From: Octopus sinensis
Lineage: Eukaryota
DNA: 64,000 bases
Direction of reading: 5' to 3'
Assembly (NCBI RefSeq): GCF_006345805.1
Contig: NC_043004.1
Coordinates: 51,708,001-51,772,000, forward strand
In this document: piece after piece, positions 25,362-38,378 of the stretch
How positions within the stretch are numbered: position 1 is the stretch's first letter
How the letters are laid out: each line of letters opens with the position of its first letter
Notes under the pieces: generated by a model
Seen by the model: only the letters and a program-made list of their open reading frames with translations
What the model was told of the DNA's origin: nothing
Databases searched by the model: none
Translations under genes and position numbers: made by a program

Positions 25362-26708
25362 GTAAACCAGATCCCAGTATTTAGTATCAAGGGTTAGGGT
25401 GCAGAACTATTGAAAAGAGGTTCACAAAATCAAACATTTTAGTCACCTTGCACTCTTAATTGTTTTTCCTTCTTTATGACTGCTTTCACTATAACCACTA
25501 CTACTACTACTACTACTACTTTTTGCACTGGTAAGGCAACAAAAAAAAATTTAACATATTCCAGTTGGCTAGATTTAAAAAATAATACATCCCAATTGTC
25601 ACAGTTTAGCAACGAACAAAACTTAACATGTTCCAGTTGGCTAGATTTAGAATAAAAGTACATCCCAAGTGTCACAGTTTAGTTGTTAGTGGTATGAAAG
25701 GAGCTCATTTGCCTATAAAACTCCTGTTTGACTACTCCTTATTTTGCTGTTAGTGAAGTAATGAGTGGTTGAAGTTGGTTTTACATATGGATGATGCTCC
25801 TTAACCTTTTGGCATTCAGATTGCATGAAGGTACATGGCTTAGTGGTTAGGGTATTCAGCTCACGATCAAAGGTTCATGAGTTTAGTTCCTGGTGACGCA
25901 TTGAGTCCTTGAGCAAGACATTTCATGTTGCTCCAGTCCACTCAGCTGGGAAAAAATGAGTTATACCTGTATTTGAAAGGGCCAGCCTTGTCACACTCTA
26001 TGTCATGCTGAATCTCCCTGAGAACTGTTAAGTGTACACGTGTCTGTGGAGTGCTCAGCCACTTGCACGTTAATTTCATAAGCAGGATGTTCCATCAGTT
26101 ATTCAGATTACTCTGTCAAATGTAATGCTTATTTATTCACATCGATTTGAATTTGTCATGCATTACCTTGTAGCCTTGAAATTTCAGTGACATGGGTGTT
26201 AATTCTTAGAATAATATTGTAGGGTAAGTACGGGAGGTCGGACCTGGTCAGTTTGAGCATAAAACAGCTAGAATAATTTGACCAGATGTGGTTGGTTTAA
26301 GTGCTAAAGGGGTTAAGTAATTTGTTACTGGTAGGAAAGGACATCATCTGTTTGTAAAACCAGATTTTGCCACAACCTACTTCATAGTTTAGTGGTTTGT
26401 GGAGAAAGAGATATCATTATCATTGTCATCATTATTTAGTGTCCGTATTCCATGCTGGTATGGGTCGGACGTTTTGACCAAATCCAACAGGTCCAAGGAC
26501 TGCATTAAATTGAGAGTCACTGGTTTAGCATATAAATTAGTATGAATTATTGATTGGAAATTTTAATTCAGATCATTTTAAAATCCTTTTGCTACCAACC
26601 CCTACTTCTATGATGCAAACTTCCTGGTATCTCATTCTGTGTTATATAACTGTTGTTAAGACTTAATTGTAAAGTGTTGGGGTAAAATATATTTTTATTT
26701 GTTCATAG

Positions 26709-26788
26709 GTGGAGAAATATAAGGATACCCTTGCTTGTTTAATGGTGACTTACCCTTCTACTCATGGGGTGTTTGATGAGGACATCAG
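26709..26788 (+). CDS. GLDC: GLDC exon 12: [27 protein letters not shown]
   Basis: M.TYPST.GVF motif; TAG acceptor, CAG|GTATGT donor; 80 nt. Confidence 0.97.
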
Positions 26789-27434
26789 GTATGTTGAGTT
26801 TGTTTTGTATTGTTTTTGTTTTCAGACCTAACCCAGCAAACTCCTGCTAATTCTAAGTTCATATTCAGCTGTACGCATTCCAGTATGTGGTTGTTTAACC
26901 TTAGGCTGCTCACATACCACAGACCTAAGATCACATGTTACACTTTTGATCGTCCAATATTTTTATTTGAATATGTAAGTTGACTTTACCTGAAGATACC
27001 CCAGACTTGGATAGAGAATGAAAGCGAATTCAAGCAGGCTGGTAGGCAAAGATAAGTTGTATTATTTTCTTGGGAAATAAAAGAATAAAGATGTGGGAGA
27101 GGAGCCCTTCAAATGTAGGGATGTGCATTTTTGAAAGAAGAAAAAGGTGTACTTTTATGTTACATTGGTTGATGAAATGAATGATGTTGAAGAGGTGGCA
27201 AACAAAGTCTCAAAATGTGTTTTGGACAAATATTGTGTGTGTGTTCTAAATTCACAATGACAGACGATGCTAAAATATGTGGATATAAAGCATGAGAACA
27301 TTGTGACTATTCTGTCTGCTTCCATACAGCAATTGGAGAACAAGGCATCATTTGCAAACACTTCTGTTTCCTTTTGATCGATCAGTCTACAAAACTACAT
27401 AAAAGGACCTGTTGGGGACCGATAAACCTTATTT

Positions 27435-28526
27435 AATAATAATAATAATAATGAAATTATTGTATACAGTGCTCAGGTGCACTACAACTTGTCAAAAGTG
27501 CGTATAAAGCATATGCAGTAATGTACAAATATCTGGGAAGTGAACAGTGTATGAGTCAGATACATGCTTGCGCGTGTATGGAGGGGAGAAAATCAGGTGT
27601 AGTGTTGGCGAATCTCAGGAAGCATGGAAGTTTTGAAGGGTGCAGTGCTCCGACAAATAACAACTGATGCCGGCAGTTTGTTCCATACTTCAGCAACTCT
27701 TAGCATGAAAAATTGTTTCCAAAAGTCATGGGAGCTGTGCTGTTTTCTGACTTTGTAAACATGTCCATGGGTGTTAGACAGGTGGAGTTTGAAAAGGTGC
27801 TCAGAGTTATTGTTTGTAAGATGGTTAATAATTTTATGGGTGTCTGCCAAGTCAGCTGCCAGACGTTGGAGTTTCAATGTATCCATGCCCAGGGAAGTAA
27901 GGCATTCAGAATATGGCAAATGCCTGATGGAGAGTATTCTCTTGGTTGCACATTGCTGAACGGTTTCCTGACGATTAATATCCTGGGCAAGATAGGGTTC
28001 TAGACTGGTGATGCAAATTCCAGGTGAGGTCTTACCACAGCTATATAAAGCCACAGATAGATAGATGGAGAGCGGCTCACAAAGGACTTGGTGAGTGATG
28101 CCAAGACACCCTCAGCCTTCTTTTTGGCAATTTTAGCAATGTGTTTTGTCCAACGCAAATCGCTGTCAACAATAACACCCAGGTCACGTTCACAAGAAGA
28201 ATTTTTGAGATTAGTGTTGTGGAGGGAGTAAGTAGATGCTGGGTTTTTCCTCCCAAAATGTATGGTGGTACATTTGTCCACAGCCAGCTTGAGTTGCCAG
28301 TCCATGATCCACTGCTGCATTGTGTCCAGGTCTGATTGCAATAAAGATCTATTGTGTACAGGATCTGTCCTCTTTATTTCGAGGTACAGCTTGATGTCAT
28401 CTGCATATTTCAGCACTGTGGCATTCTTTAAGTTGGCATCTATGCCATTAACATATGCAACAAATAAAAGGGGGGCAAGAACAGATCCCTGTGGTACACC
28501 AGATGTCATCTCATAGGGGGAAGAGT
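27435..28526 (-). mobile_element. 5'-truncated CR1-group LINE (RT), with (ATT)n tail
   Basis: SGVPQGSVLAPLLF..KYADDIKL..ERDLGV..VRPHLEFAS..RVAEVWNKLP; stops/frameshift near 28000. Confidence 0.92.
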
Positions 28527-28977
28527 TTATTTTCCTTGTTTTCCTTTTTGTGTTCCAGCCCAAAGTCTGTGGCAATGCTGCGGCATTGCCATTTGAAGAC
28601 AAACCAAAGTGATAGTTGTGCTTAACTTGGATTACCTGATAAAACATCATTTCAATTGAAAATTAAAATGTGTTCCCACAAGACCCACCACATGCTTCTA
28701 CTTACTCTACTGTAGGGCACTTTGGAGCCTTTAGACCAGGAATCTCTCTCAGCCTCTGCTCAGCGTGTTCATTGAGTCTGTTGCATAAGTGTCTACAAAA
28801 TAGATGATATTGCAGATAATTTCATAATCTTCATTATTTTTATACCTGCTTTCCATTCTGCTATAAATTTAACTATATTTAATGACACTATTCAGAAGCC
28901 CAAAGTTGTAGGTGTGTAGAAAAGGGAGCATGTAATGACAATAACTCTTCCTTTGCAATCTCATTTGATCACCAGGA

Positions 28978-29215
28978 CCCTCATCACCATCATTGTTCGA
29001 CCGTGGTCGAGACAATGGAATTTACCATGCTACGCCAGACTTCACGGTCCATCATGGCATTACGGAGGTCCTGTTGCTGGATGCCTGTATCCCTGGAGAT
29101 TACATCAGGGTAGGAGAGTCTGCGCTCTCTGGTATTGCGAGTAGAGGACCCTGGGTAGTTAGGAAACTCTTGGTAAACTGATCAGCAGTTGGTCATCAGA
29201 GAAGAAGCCCCTTGA
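28978..29215 (-). mobile_element. 3' end fragment of the same RTE family as 58716-59815
   Basis: Near-identical to 58740-58900 (..PDVISRDTGIQQQDLRNAMMDREVWRSMVNSI). Confidence 0.88.
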
Positions 29216-29530
29216 TTCAATGCAAGTGTTTTAGTCTTATCTTCTCACACTCTAAGGAGGCTGTGCTGCATCCCAGTCAGGATTCCTGGATATCAATCTG
29301 TTTGCCATATTTTGTGCTATTGTTTACATTGCAACCTGCAGCTTTGCAGGTGGTCAAGGTACCCCAGAGCTATGATACCTTAAATGTTGTAATCATTTTA
29401 GTCAGTGACACCAGTTGTACATGGAGTGAATTATACCTTCTGAAATTCACTTTCATTCTTCCTTGACCAGTTCCAGTTGGAACCCTTCTCAGCTGTTTCT
29501 GCCGTTGCCTTTAAGGGATTTATATGTGAA

Positions 29531-29843
29531 CTAGCTATTTTGACCCGTGCTTCGTCGGGTTTTGGTGGTGGTGTTCTAGCCCCTGCAGCAACACGAAAAG
29601 CCACTATTATTCAAACAGCTCAACCTGTCTATCCCATAAAACTCAATTTTTCCTATATTCCTTACCATGGCAACCAAACGGTAGCCCCAAGCGACTTGCA
29701 ACCCTCCTCACACCATTGCCCCCCCCCCGTGTAAATTTTGGTGCCAACCCGACCCCATCTACTGCCCCTTAAACCATTCCCATCCAAAAATGAGACAAAT
29801 AACCAAGAAATCAAACAACTTTTTCACATTTCAGCTTTATAGA
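29531..29843 (-). mobile_element. Helitron-like element (third family)
   Basis: Minus strand A|TCTATAAAG start; ACCCG..CGGGT hairpin 29543-60; CTAG|T end. Confidence 0.75.
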
Positions 29844-32304
29844 TATTAATGATTTGCCATTTCTCTCAGTTTTAAAGCTAAACTTGCCATATTTTTATGC
29901 TAAAGGGGTTGAGTAATTTGTTACTGGTTGGAAAGGACATCATCTGTTTGTAAAACCAGATTTTTCCACAACCTACTTCACAGTTTAGTGGTTTGTGGAG
30001 AAAGAGATATCATTATCATTATCATTTAGCATATTTCTTGTAGATGTGAACTATCTCTATTTTTTTCTGTGGCACTAAGTTGAATCAGACTCACTTATTT
30101 TGATGAAAGTCAGTGGATTACAATATCTGGTCTCGCACCACTTGAGCATAAGCTTTTTTGTGTGAAACATGTTACAGCTGACCTCATCTTACTTTGCCCT
30201 GTAATACAGAGATGTGTCATCGACTCTTGATTATATTGTCCTTAAATAATTCTCTTACATTAATAATACTTTTTTGTATATTTATTTGCTCATTCTTTCA
30301 ACACTACTTTGACAAATACAACAATGTTTACTTAACTGATTAAAACATAATGGTGGCACGTAAAAAGCACCATCCGAATCGTGGCCGAAGCCAGTGCCGC
30401 CTCGACTGGCTTCTGTGCAGGTGGCACGTAAAATGCACCAATCCGACCGTGGCCAATGCCAGCCTCGCCTGGCACCAGTGCAGGTGGCACGTAAAAAGCA
30501 CCCACTACACTCACGGAGTGGTTGGCGTTAGGAAGGGCATCCAGCTGTAGAAACATTGCCAGATAAGACTGGAGCCTGGTGCAGCCTTCTGGCTTCCCAG
30601 ATCCCCGGTCGAACCATCCAACCCATGCCAGCATGGAGAACGGACGTTAAACGATATGATGATGATGATGAAGTGTCTTAAAAAAAATTGTTATTAATTC
30701 ATATTTTTGTTGTTGGAAGGTGTTATTTTCCTTATTGGTTTTGTGGTAGTAAATTTGTTTTTTTAATATTCCGTGTAACAAAGGTGGCGAGCTGGTAGAA
30801 CCACAGAACACAAGACAAAATGCTTAGCGGTATTTCGTCCATCTTTGCGTTCCGAGCTCAAATTCCGCCGCTGTCGACTTTGCCTTTCATCCTTTCGAAG
30901 TCGATGAAACAATTACCAGTCGAACACTGGGGTCAATGTAATTGACTTAGGCTCTCTCGTCGAACCTGTTGGTCTTGTGCCAAAATTTGAAACCAATATT
31001 CCCATGTATTAAATCCGTTAAAGCAAAAATACCAAGATTTATCTCCCTTAGATTAAGTAATTGCTAGAGTAATTTCCCTTCTCTGTGTGTAAGGGAAGTT
31101 ATTCTAGTAACAACTAAACAGTATATGTATGTATTGCGCTCTGACAGCATTACGAGTATTTTCACTCTTATTTCTAGCGATGTAAGGACCCTCATCGCTT
31201 AGTGACGATTAAATTTTTTCTTTGTGGTATTACATAGCGCCTAGCTGTTTGTATTAATTTCTAGTAACTACTACTGTACCTAAGAGACGTTTTGGGGATA
31301 TCGTCAAAATCAGTCTTAGAACTCTAGTGTGGATGTTGCAGACGGGAAGCAGAGGAAGGAAAATTAACCGGTTTGGTAAGAAGTTCTCTACGATTGCTGT
31401 AAAGCGTTTGAAGCACGGAGAAGTGAATGCTCCATCTTGAAACTAGCACTTCGTGAACAGGACTTGATTTCAATTCTTAAAAATGTCTGTGGCGCCTACA
31501 GTAGGCTCTGTTAGACCAAAGACAGACTTGATCATCATACGAGATGTCACGACAGCATTTACTCACTAAAGAGATGGCGCTCTTTTTTATGTATATATAT
31601 ATATATAAAAGTGGCAATCATCATATATCTTTTATCTCATATCTTTTACTTGTTTCAGTCATTAGACTGCAGCCATACTGACTTCTTTCAGTTTCTGTCT
31701 GTCTATCAAATCCACTCATAGGGCTTTGGTCGGCCTGAGGCTATAGCAGTATTTCGCCCATCTTTACATTCTGAGTTCAGATTCCACTGAGGTTCACTTT
31801 ATCTTTCATCCTTTTGGGGTTGATGTAATCAACTTGCCTCCTCTCCCGAAATTGCTGGCCTTGTGCCAAAATTTGAAATCGATATTAGATACCAAGCCAA
31901 TAATTTTGAAATGGAGGTGTAATTCTGACTATCAACTACAATACTTTATTTCGTCAGTCATAGAGGGATGGTCACTAAGTTGACTGTGGCTGGATTCAAA
32001 TTCAGTGTCTAAAGAGCCAGAATATATAAATGAAAGTTATTCTTATTCTAATAATTCTGCCAACTCACCACTATAATAATAATAATAATAATAATAATAC
32101 TTTCTACTATAGGCACAAAGCCAGAAATTTGGGGGACAGGTATAGTTGATTACATCAACCCCAGTGTTCCACTGGTACTTAATTTATCGACCTTGAAAGG
32201 ATGAAAGCAAAGTCAATCTTCACACAATTTGAACTGATGAAATGCCACTAAGCATTTTGCCTGGCGTGCTAACGATTCTCCTTAATAATAATAATAATAA
32301 TAAT

Positions 32305-33410
32305 TAATTCTTTTATTGGCCACAAGGGCTGACAAAAATCAATTATAACATAAAGGGACAAAACACAGGACGAAAGGTTACAAAGGGTTTTGTCCGTTTG
32401 TAAAAATCCGAGTAAAAAAGCAGTTTAACAACGAAAAACTCCCAATAAGGGGAGGCGTTACAAAAGGTTCCTGGTGGAAAAATCCATAAAAGCCAACGGG
32501 AGCCTGGTCAAAAGGGGGTAGAGAGCCCCTTTCTCCTTTTATATTACCTTTTTAATTACAGGTGTATCCTCATAATGGCTCCTTTCATACTGGCCATTCT
32601 TGCAACATTTATCCACCTTTCAGTAAACTTGCTATCGGACATCACTTCCTCTCTACTCTCACCTTCCTTTTCAAGTGAAACTTGAAAAAGTTGATGAGGC
32701 CTGGGCCAAAGAGGAAAGTGTCTGACCTTAGCCCTTTCAAACGGGTCCACCATACCACCTCTTTCGCTACAGCCACTAGGCAAAGGAAAACTGCCTTGCC
32801 CTCCCGGTTAAAGGAGGTCGGCGGGGCAATCCTCACTATGGATTCAGCTGATAGCCGGATCCGTCCTATACGCGACAGTAGCTGTTCAACATAAACCCAT
32901 AGTTCAGCAATACTCGGACACTGGGCGAGTGCATGCAGAACGGTTTCGTCGTCCTGACAGCACCTCGGGCAGGTCCGGCTGACGGCACTTCCATGCCGGT
33001 AACACTGCCAGGCAAGGGACCTCTGGAAATTATCCATTGGCCCCGGCCCGAAAGTCCTCCTGAACAGACTGCTAAGCTCATTATCGTCAACACCTAGAGT
33101 TTCCCCGAGAACATCGTCGCACTTTTCTTCCACTAACCCTCTATAGAATGCTAGAGTGGAACTACTACCGATCGCATTGCCCGCTTGGCGGAGGGCAGAG
33201 AGAGGTTGACGGTACTCGAGGTGCCAAGCGCCCTTTCTCGGTCTGCGTTTGATCCAGGTCTGCAGCTCTGTCAAAGAGACGAGCTGCGAAAAGTCGCGTC
33301 TGACAAAAGACGACCACACCTGTTCACCATCTAGGAAACGCTTGAGATGCTGTAGCCTGAGCGCATGTCTGCGCATCAGTAACCACGGCATGGCAAGGCC
33401 TCCGTTAATA
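32305..33410 (-). mobile_element. 5'-truncated Tx1/L1-group LINE: ORF2 C-terminus with zinc knuckle and 3'UTR
   Basis: GGLAMP.L..R..ALR..H; CPRC..DDETVLHAL..C knuckle; AATAAA then (ATT)n; (AAT)n on both flanks. Confidence 0.88.
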
Positions 33411-34340
33411 ATAATCATGATAATAATAATAATAATAATGTCTGAAATTTGGGGGAGGAGGATAGTTGATTACATCGACCCCAGTGCTTGAATGGTACTT
33501 ATTTTATCACCCACCAAAGGTTGAAAGACAAGGTTGACCTCAATGGAATTTCAACTCGGAATGCAAAGACAGATGAAATGCCACTAAGCATTTTGCCTGG
33601 CATGCTAACAGCTCTCCATGCTCATCACCTTAATAATAATGATGATGATGATGATAATCCTTTCTATTATCGGTGCAAGTCCTGAAATTTGTGGGGAGTG
33701 TGTAAGTTGATCACATCAGCCCCCAGTATTTGACTGGTACTTAATTTATTGACCCCCACCCCCACCCCACCAAAAGGACGAAAGGCAAAGTTGACCTTGG
33801 CAGAATTTGAACTCAGAATGTAGCGACAGACAAAATATCGCTAAGCATTTCACCTGCCAGCTTGCCATCTTAATAATAATAATAATAAAAAAAAAATAAT
33901 AACTTACCTCAGGTATTCAGTGACACTCTGTCTTTGAGCACTGGACAAGAGGGATGTGGCCTTGGAACTTCAAGTATTCTGAAGTTGAGGCAAACTACTA
34001 CTCTTGTTTGTTCAGTCATGCATGTGTGTATAAGTACATATATACATGCATACACACACACACACACACATAGTTCAAATAGAGGTTATAATATCCTCAT
34101 AAAGGGATGGTCTCATCCAAGGAAATACTGGTTGGATACCTAATATTTTTCGGTGGGTGGGTTAATATCCTTCAAATAATGGGTTTATTTATAAACCATG
34201 GTTTATAGTCATGTAAATGAAGAATAAGAAAATGGAGATATTGAAGTTAATAAGAGTTTATTATCAACAAAAATCGATCATTATCTCTTACAGCTGTTTC
34301 AATTAAGCACAGTGAAATTAAAAGATATTAAAATCATATA

Positions 34341-34554
34341 TCTTTCTCTTTCTTTCTCTTTTGCTTGTTTCAGTCATTTGACTGCGGCCATGCTGGAGCA
34401 CCGCCTTTAGTCGAGCAAATCGACCCCGGGACGTATTCTTTGTAAGCCCAGTACTTATTCTATCGGTCTCTTTTGCCGAACCGCTAAGTGACGGGGACAT
34501 AAACACACCAGCATCGGTTGTCAAGCAATGCTAGGGGGACAAACACAGACACAA

Positions 34555-34597
<43 letters not shown>

Positions 34598-34763
34598 TAC
34601 GACAGGCTTCTTTCAGTTTCCATCTACCAAATCCACTCACAAAGCATTAGTCGGCCCGGGGCTATAGCAGAAGACACTTGCCCAAGATGCCACGCAGTGG
34701 GACTGAACCCAGAACCATGTGATTTGTAAGCAAGCTACGTACCACACAGCCACTCCTGCGCCT
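34341..34763 (-). mobile_element. SINE family A, full-length minus copy
   Basis: Reverse complement of 3200-3590. Other minus copies: 37447-37818, 60666-61072; partial at 4000-4310, 17622-17750, 37041-37420. Confidence 0.9.
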
Positions 34764-35420
34764 TAGAAAATATACCCTTAGAAAATATCGTGTGTTGTTT
34801 GAATCATCACAGCAGACTCCCATGATGATTCAGACAGCTAATGCATAATATTTTCTAAGTATATTTTTTCCCTCTCTGAAAAGATTAAACTCAGAAATAT
34901 GATTTTAATATCTTTTAATTTCACTGTGCTTAATTGAAACAGCTGTAAGAGATAATGATCAATTTTTGTTGATAATAAACTCTTATTAACTTCAATATTT
35001 CCATTTTCTTATTCTTCATATATATATATATATGGTGTGTGTGTGTGTATATATGTATGTATGTATATTTTTGTAAGTGTCTCATTTATAAATACATATT
35101 AACCTATCACACATGGCTAATATGAGCATAATGAGGCACCCATATCTGCATGGCTGAAACAGCTGTAAGATGTAGTTTATATTTATATTTGTATTTATTT
35201 ATATTCACTTATACATACTGTACTTATTGTATCATATTACTCTTTCATGTACATTGTTTTGTTCTATATTATTATGTTTGACCTTAATGTTCATATGTAG
35301 TGGTTTAATAAATTATGTGATTGGGTATTATCTGGTAGTTGATCATTGATTAAGATGTGTTTCTCCATTTTCTTATTTGTATATATATATATATATAATT
35401 AACCTTTTACTCTTTTTCAG

Positions 35421-35490
35421 GGAAATTTGTGATTTGATTCATTCTCATGGTGGTTTAGTTTATTTGGATGGTGCCAACATGAATGCTCAG
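35421..35490 (+). CDS. GLDC: GLDC exon 13: [23 protein letters not shown]
   Basis: [13 protein letters not shown] motif; TTTCAG acceptor, CAG|GTAAGG donor; 70 nt. Confidence 0.98.
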
Positions 35491-36442
35491 GTAAGGCAGG
35501 CTTAAAATTTTAAGGGATGGTGTAAGATGCTCACATCAGCTCCAACGTTCAACTGGTACTCATTTTATCAACCCCAAAGGGATGAAAGGCAAATTTGAAC
35601 CCAGAGCATAAAGACCTGAAAGAAATGCTGCCAAGCATACTGTCTGACTCCCTAACGATTCTGCCAGCTTGCCATCTTAAATATTGCAGTAATAATAGTA
35701 ATAATAATAAACACAATGATAATGCTTTCAAATTTTGGCACAAGACCAGCAATTTTGGGGACAGAGGCCTAAGCCAAATACATCGACCCCAGTGTTCAAC
35801 TGGTACTTATTTTATTGACCCCGAAAAGGAGAAAAGGCAAAGCCGACCTTGGTGCCATTTGAACTCAGAATGTAAAGACAGACGAAATGCCACCAAGCAT
35901 TTTGCCTGGCCTGCTAATGATTCTCTCAGCTCACCAGCTGAATAATGATAATCCTTTCTACAAGAGGCACAAGGTCTGAAATTTTTGGGGAGGGAACTTG
36001 TCGATTACATCGACCTCAATGTGTAACCGGTACTTAGTTTATTGACCCCTGAAAAGATAAATGGCAGAATTTTGAACTCAGAATGTAAGGACAGACGAAA
36101 GGCTGCTAAACATTTTCCCCAATACCATAATGAATCTGCTAGCTCACCACCTTAATAATAATTATAATAATAATAATAATGGTTTCAAATTTAACCACAA
36201 GGGCAGCTTTTTGAGGGAGGGGATGAGTCAGTTACATCGACCCCAATATGCAACTGGTACTTAATTTATCAATCCCCAGAAAGGATGAAAGGCAAAGTCA
36301 ATCTCAGCAGAATTTGAACTCAGAATGTAGCGATGGGTGAAATACCGCTTAGCATTTCTGCTAGCTTGCTGCCTCATCTTTAGGTTTAGCATGCTTTTTT
36401 GCTTTTTTTGTCTTGTTCTGACTTTCAATCTCAATATTTCAG

Positions 36443-36555
36443 GTTGGTCTGTGTCGTCCTGGAGACTATGGTGCTGATGTATGCCATCTAAATCTTCACA
36501 AGACATTCTGCATCCCCCATGGTGGTGGTGGTCCAGGAATGGGTCCAATCGGAGT
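36443..36555 (+). CDS. GLDC: GLDC exon 14 with PLP-binding lysine: [38 protein letters not shown]
   Basis: [17 protein letters not shown]; Schiff-base Lys codon AAG at 36500-36502; CAG acceptor, GT|GTAAGT donor; 113 nt. Confidence 0.99.
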
Positions 36556-37814
36556 GTAAGTAACCTCATCTCTTTGCATCTGTCTCTCCATCTGGACTTC
36601 ACTGCTCAGTTTCAATTCCTGGCATCAACTGTTTTACACAGACCCAGTCTCTGCACATCATGTCTGTCTCTGTTAACATTTCATACTGTCACATTGGTAT
36701 TTAACTAAACATGTTGCTCTTGTTTAACCCCAGGTCAGCACTGATCCAGTAGACCTATTATCAAATGTGTCCCAACTGTAACCATCCACCTTTTTTTATT
36801 CTCCATATGTAGTGTATTTTGAACTACACAATTCTTTATTTCTGAAGGTGGTATGGTGTAATTTGAGGATAATTTGGCTATTATTTTTAACAAACTGAGT
36901 GTTTGTATAGAGGATCCTTTGTAAGGATGTTTACAACAGTCTAATGTGTTTAAAAGAACACATCCAAATTATGTTGGATGTGCTAATTAATATTCATTAC
37001 AAAAGATGTTTCTGTTACTAATAGCTAATATATATATGTATATATATCTTTATCTTTTACTTGTTTCAGTCATTAGACTGGCCATGCTGGGGCACTGCCT
37101 TGAGAAATTTTAGTCAAACCCAGTACTTATTATTTTTTGGTAAAGCCTGCTACTTATCATATCAGTCACTTTTGCTGAACCACTAAGTTATGGAGATGTA
37201 AACACACCAATGCTGGTGGTGGTGGTGGTGGTGGTGGAGTCAAGCACAAACACACATACATATATGTGATGAGCTTCTTTCAGTTTCTGTCTACTAAATC
37301 CACTCACAAGGCTTTGGTTGGCCTGAGGCTATAGTAGAAGACAGTTTCCCAAGTTGCTGCACAGTGAGACTGAACTCAGAACCTTGTACTTGGGAAGCAA
37401 GCTTCTTACCACACAGACATGTCTGCACCCATATATATATATGTGTACTCTTTTACTTGTTTCAGTCATTTGACTGCAGCCATGCTGGAGCACCACCTTT
37501 AGTCGAGCAACTCAACCCCGGGACTTATTCTTTTTGTAAGCCCAGTACTTATTCTATCGGTCTCATTTGCCAAACCGCTAGGTGACGGGGACGTAAACAC
37601 ACCAGCATCGGTTGTCAAGCAATGCTAGGGGAACAAACACACACACACAAACACACATACATACATATATATATACATATATGCGACAGGCTTCTTTCAG
37701 GCATTGGCCGGCCCGGGGCTATAGCAGAAGACACTTGCCCAAGATGCCACGCAGTGGGACTGAACCCAGAACCATGTGGTTGGTTAGCAAGCTACTTACC
37801 ACACAGCCACTCCT

Positions 37815-37860
<46 letters not shown>

Positions 37861-38118
37861 TGTATATTTCAATATCCATCAACCAAATCCATTCACAATG
37901 ATTTGATCAGCCCTAGGTGTCACACAGTGGAATAGGACCGTAAACCATATGATTGAGTAATAAACACGGTCACCACACAGCCATATCTGCGCCACTTTAA
38001 TGTGGCCTTCCATTTAAGATGGTGGGATATGATTTGGTTGCTGTTTCTAGCTGGCAAAGTGGCCACTGTGAATCCGATCATGCACCCTAATAAACTTTCT
38101 TATTCATTTCTTTTCCAG

Positions 38119-38378
38119 GAAGGAGAAGTTAGCGCCCTATTTGCCAGGCCATCCTGTTGTGGATCCCTTTGATTCTGGTGAATCCAGCAGCAAATCTCTA
38201 GGGGTGATCTCTGCAGGTCCCTATGGTTCCAGTCTGATTCTGCCGATATCCTGGACCTACATCAAAATGATGGGTCCTCAGGGTTTGAAGAAAGCCTCAC
38301 AGCTAGCAATTCTCTGTGCCAACTACATGAGTTACAGACTGAGGGGACATTACAAAACACTCTATACCAACAAAAATA
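38119..38378 (+). CDS. GLDC: GLDC exon 15: KEKLAPYLPGHPVV..ISAGPYGSSLILPISWTYIKMMG..ANYMSYRLRGHYKTLYTNKN
   Basis: L.P.LP.HP, P.GS..ILPISW.YIKMMG and ANYM motifs; CAG acceptor, A|GTAAGT donor; 260 nt. Confidence 0.98.

Noticed and set aside
27080-27400. Possible C2H2 zinc-finger relic (GEEPFKC)
   Set aside because: Only a linker-like heptapeptide; no C..C..H..H spacing could be recovered in any frame.
31061-31110. 17-bp hairpin as a miRNA precursor
   Set aside because: It is short for a pre-miRNA, and its arms resemble the AAGGGAAGT / TTTCCCTT motifs in the Helitron-like repeats at 18620-18765.
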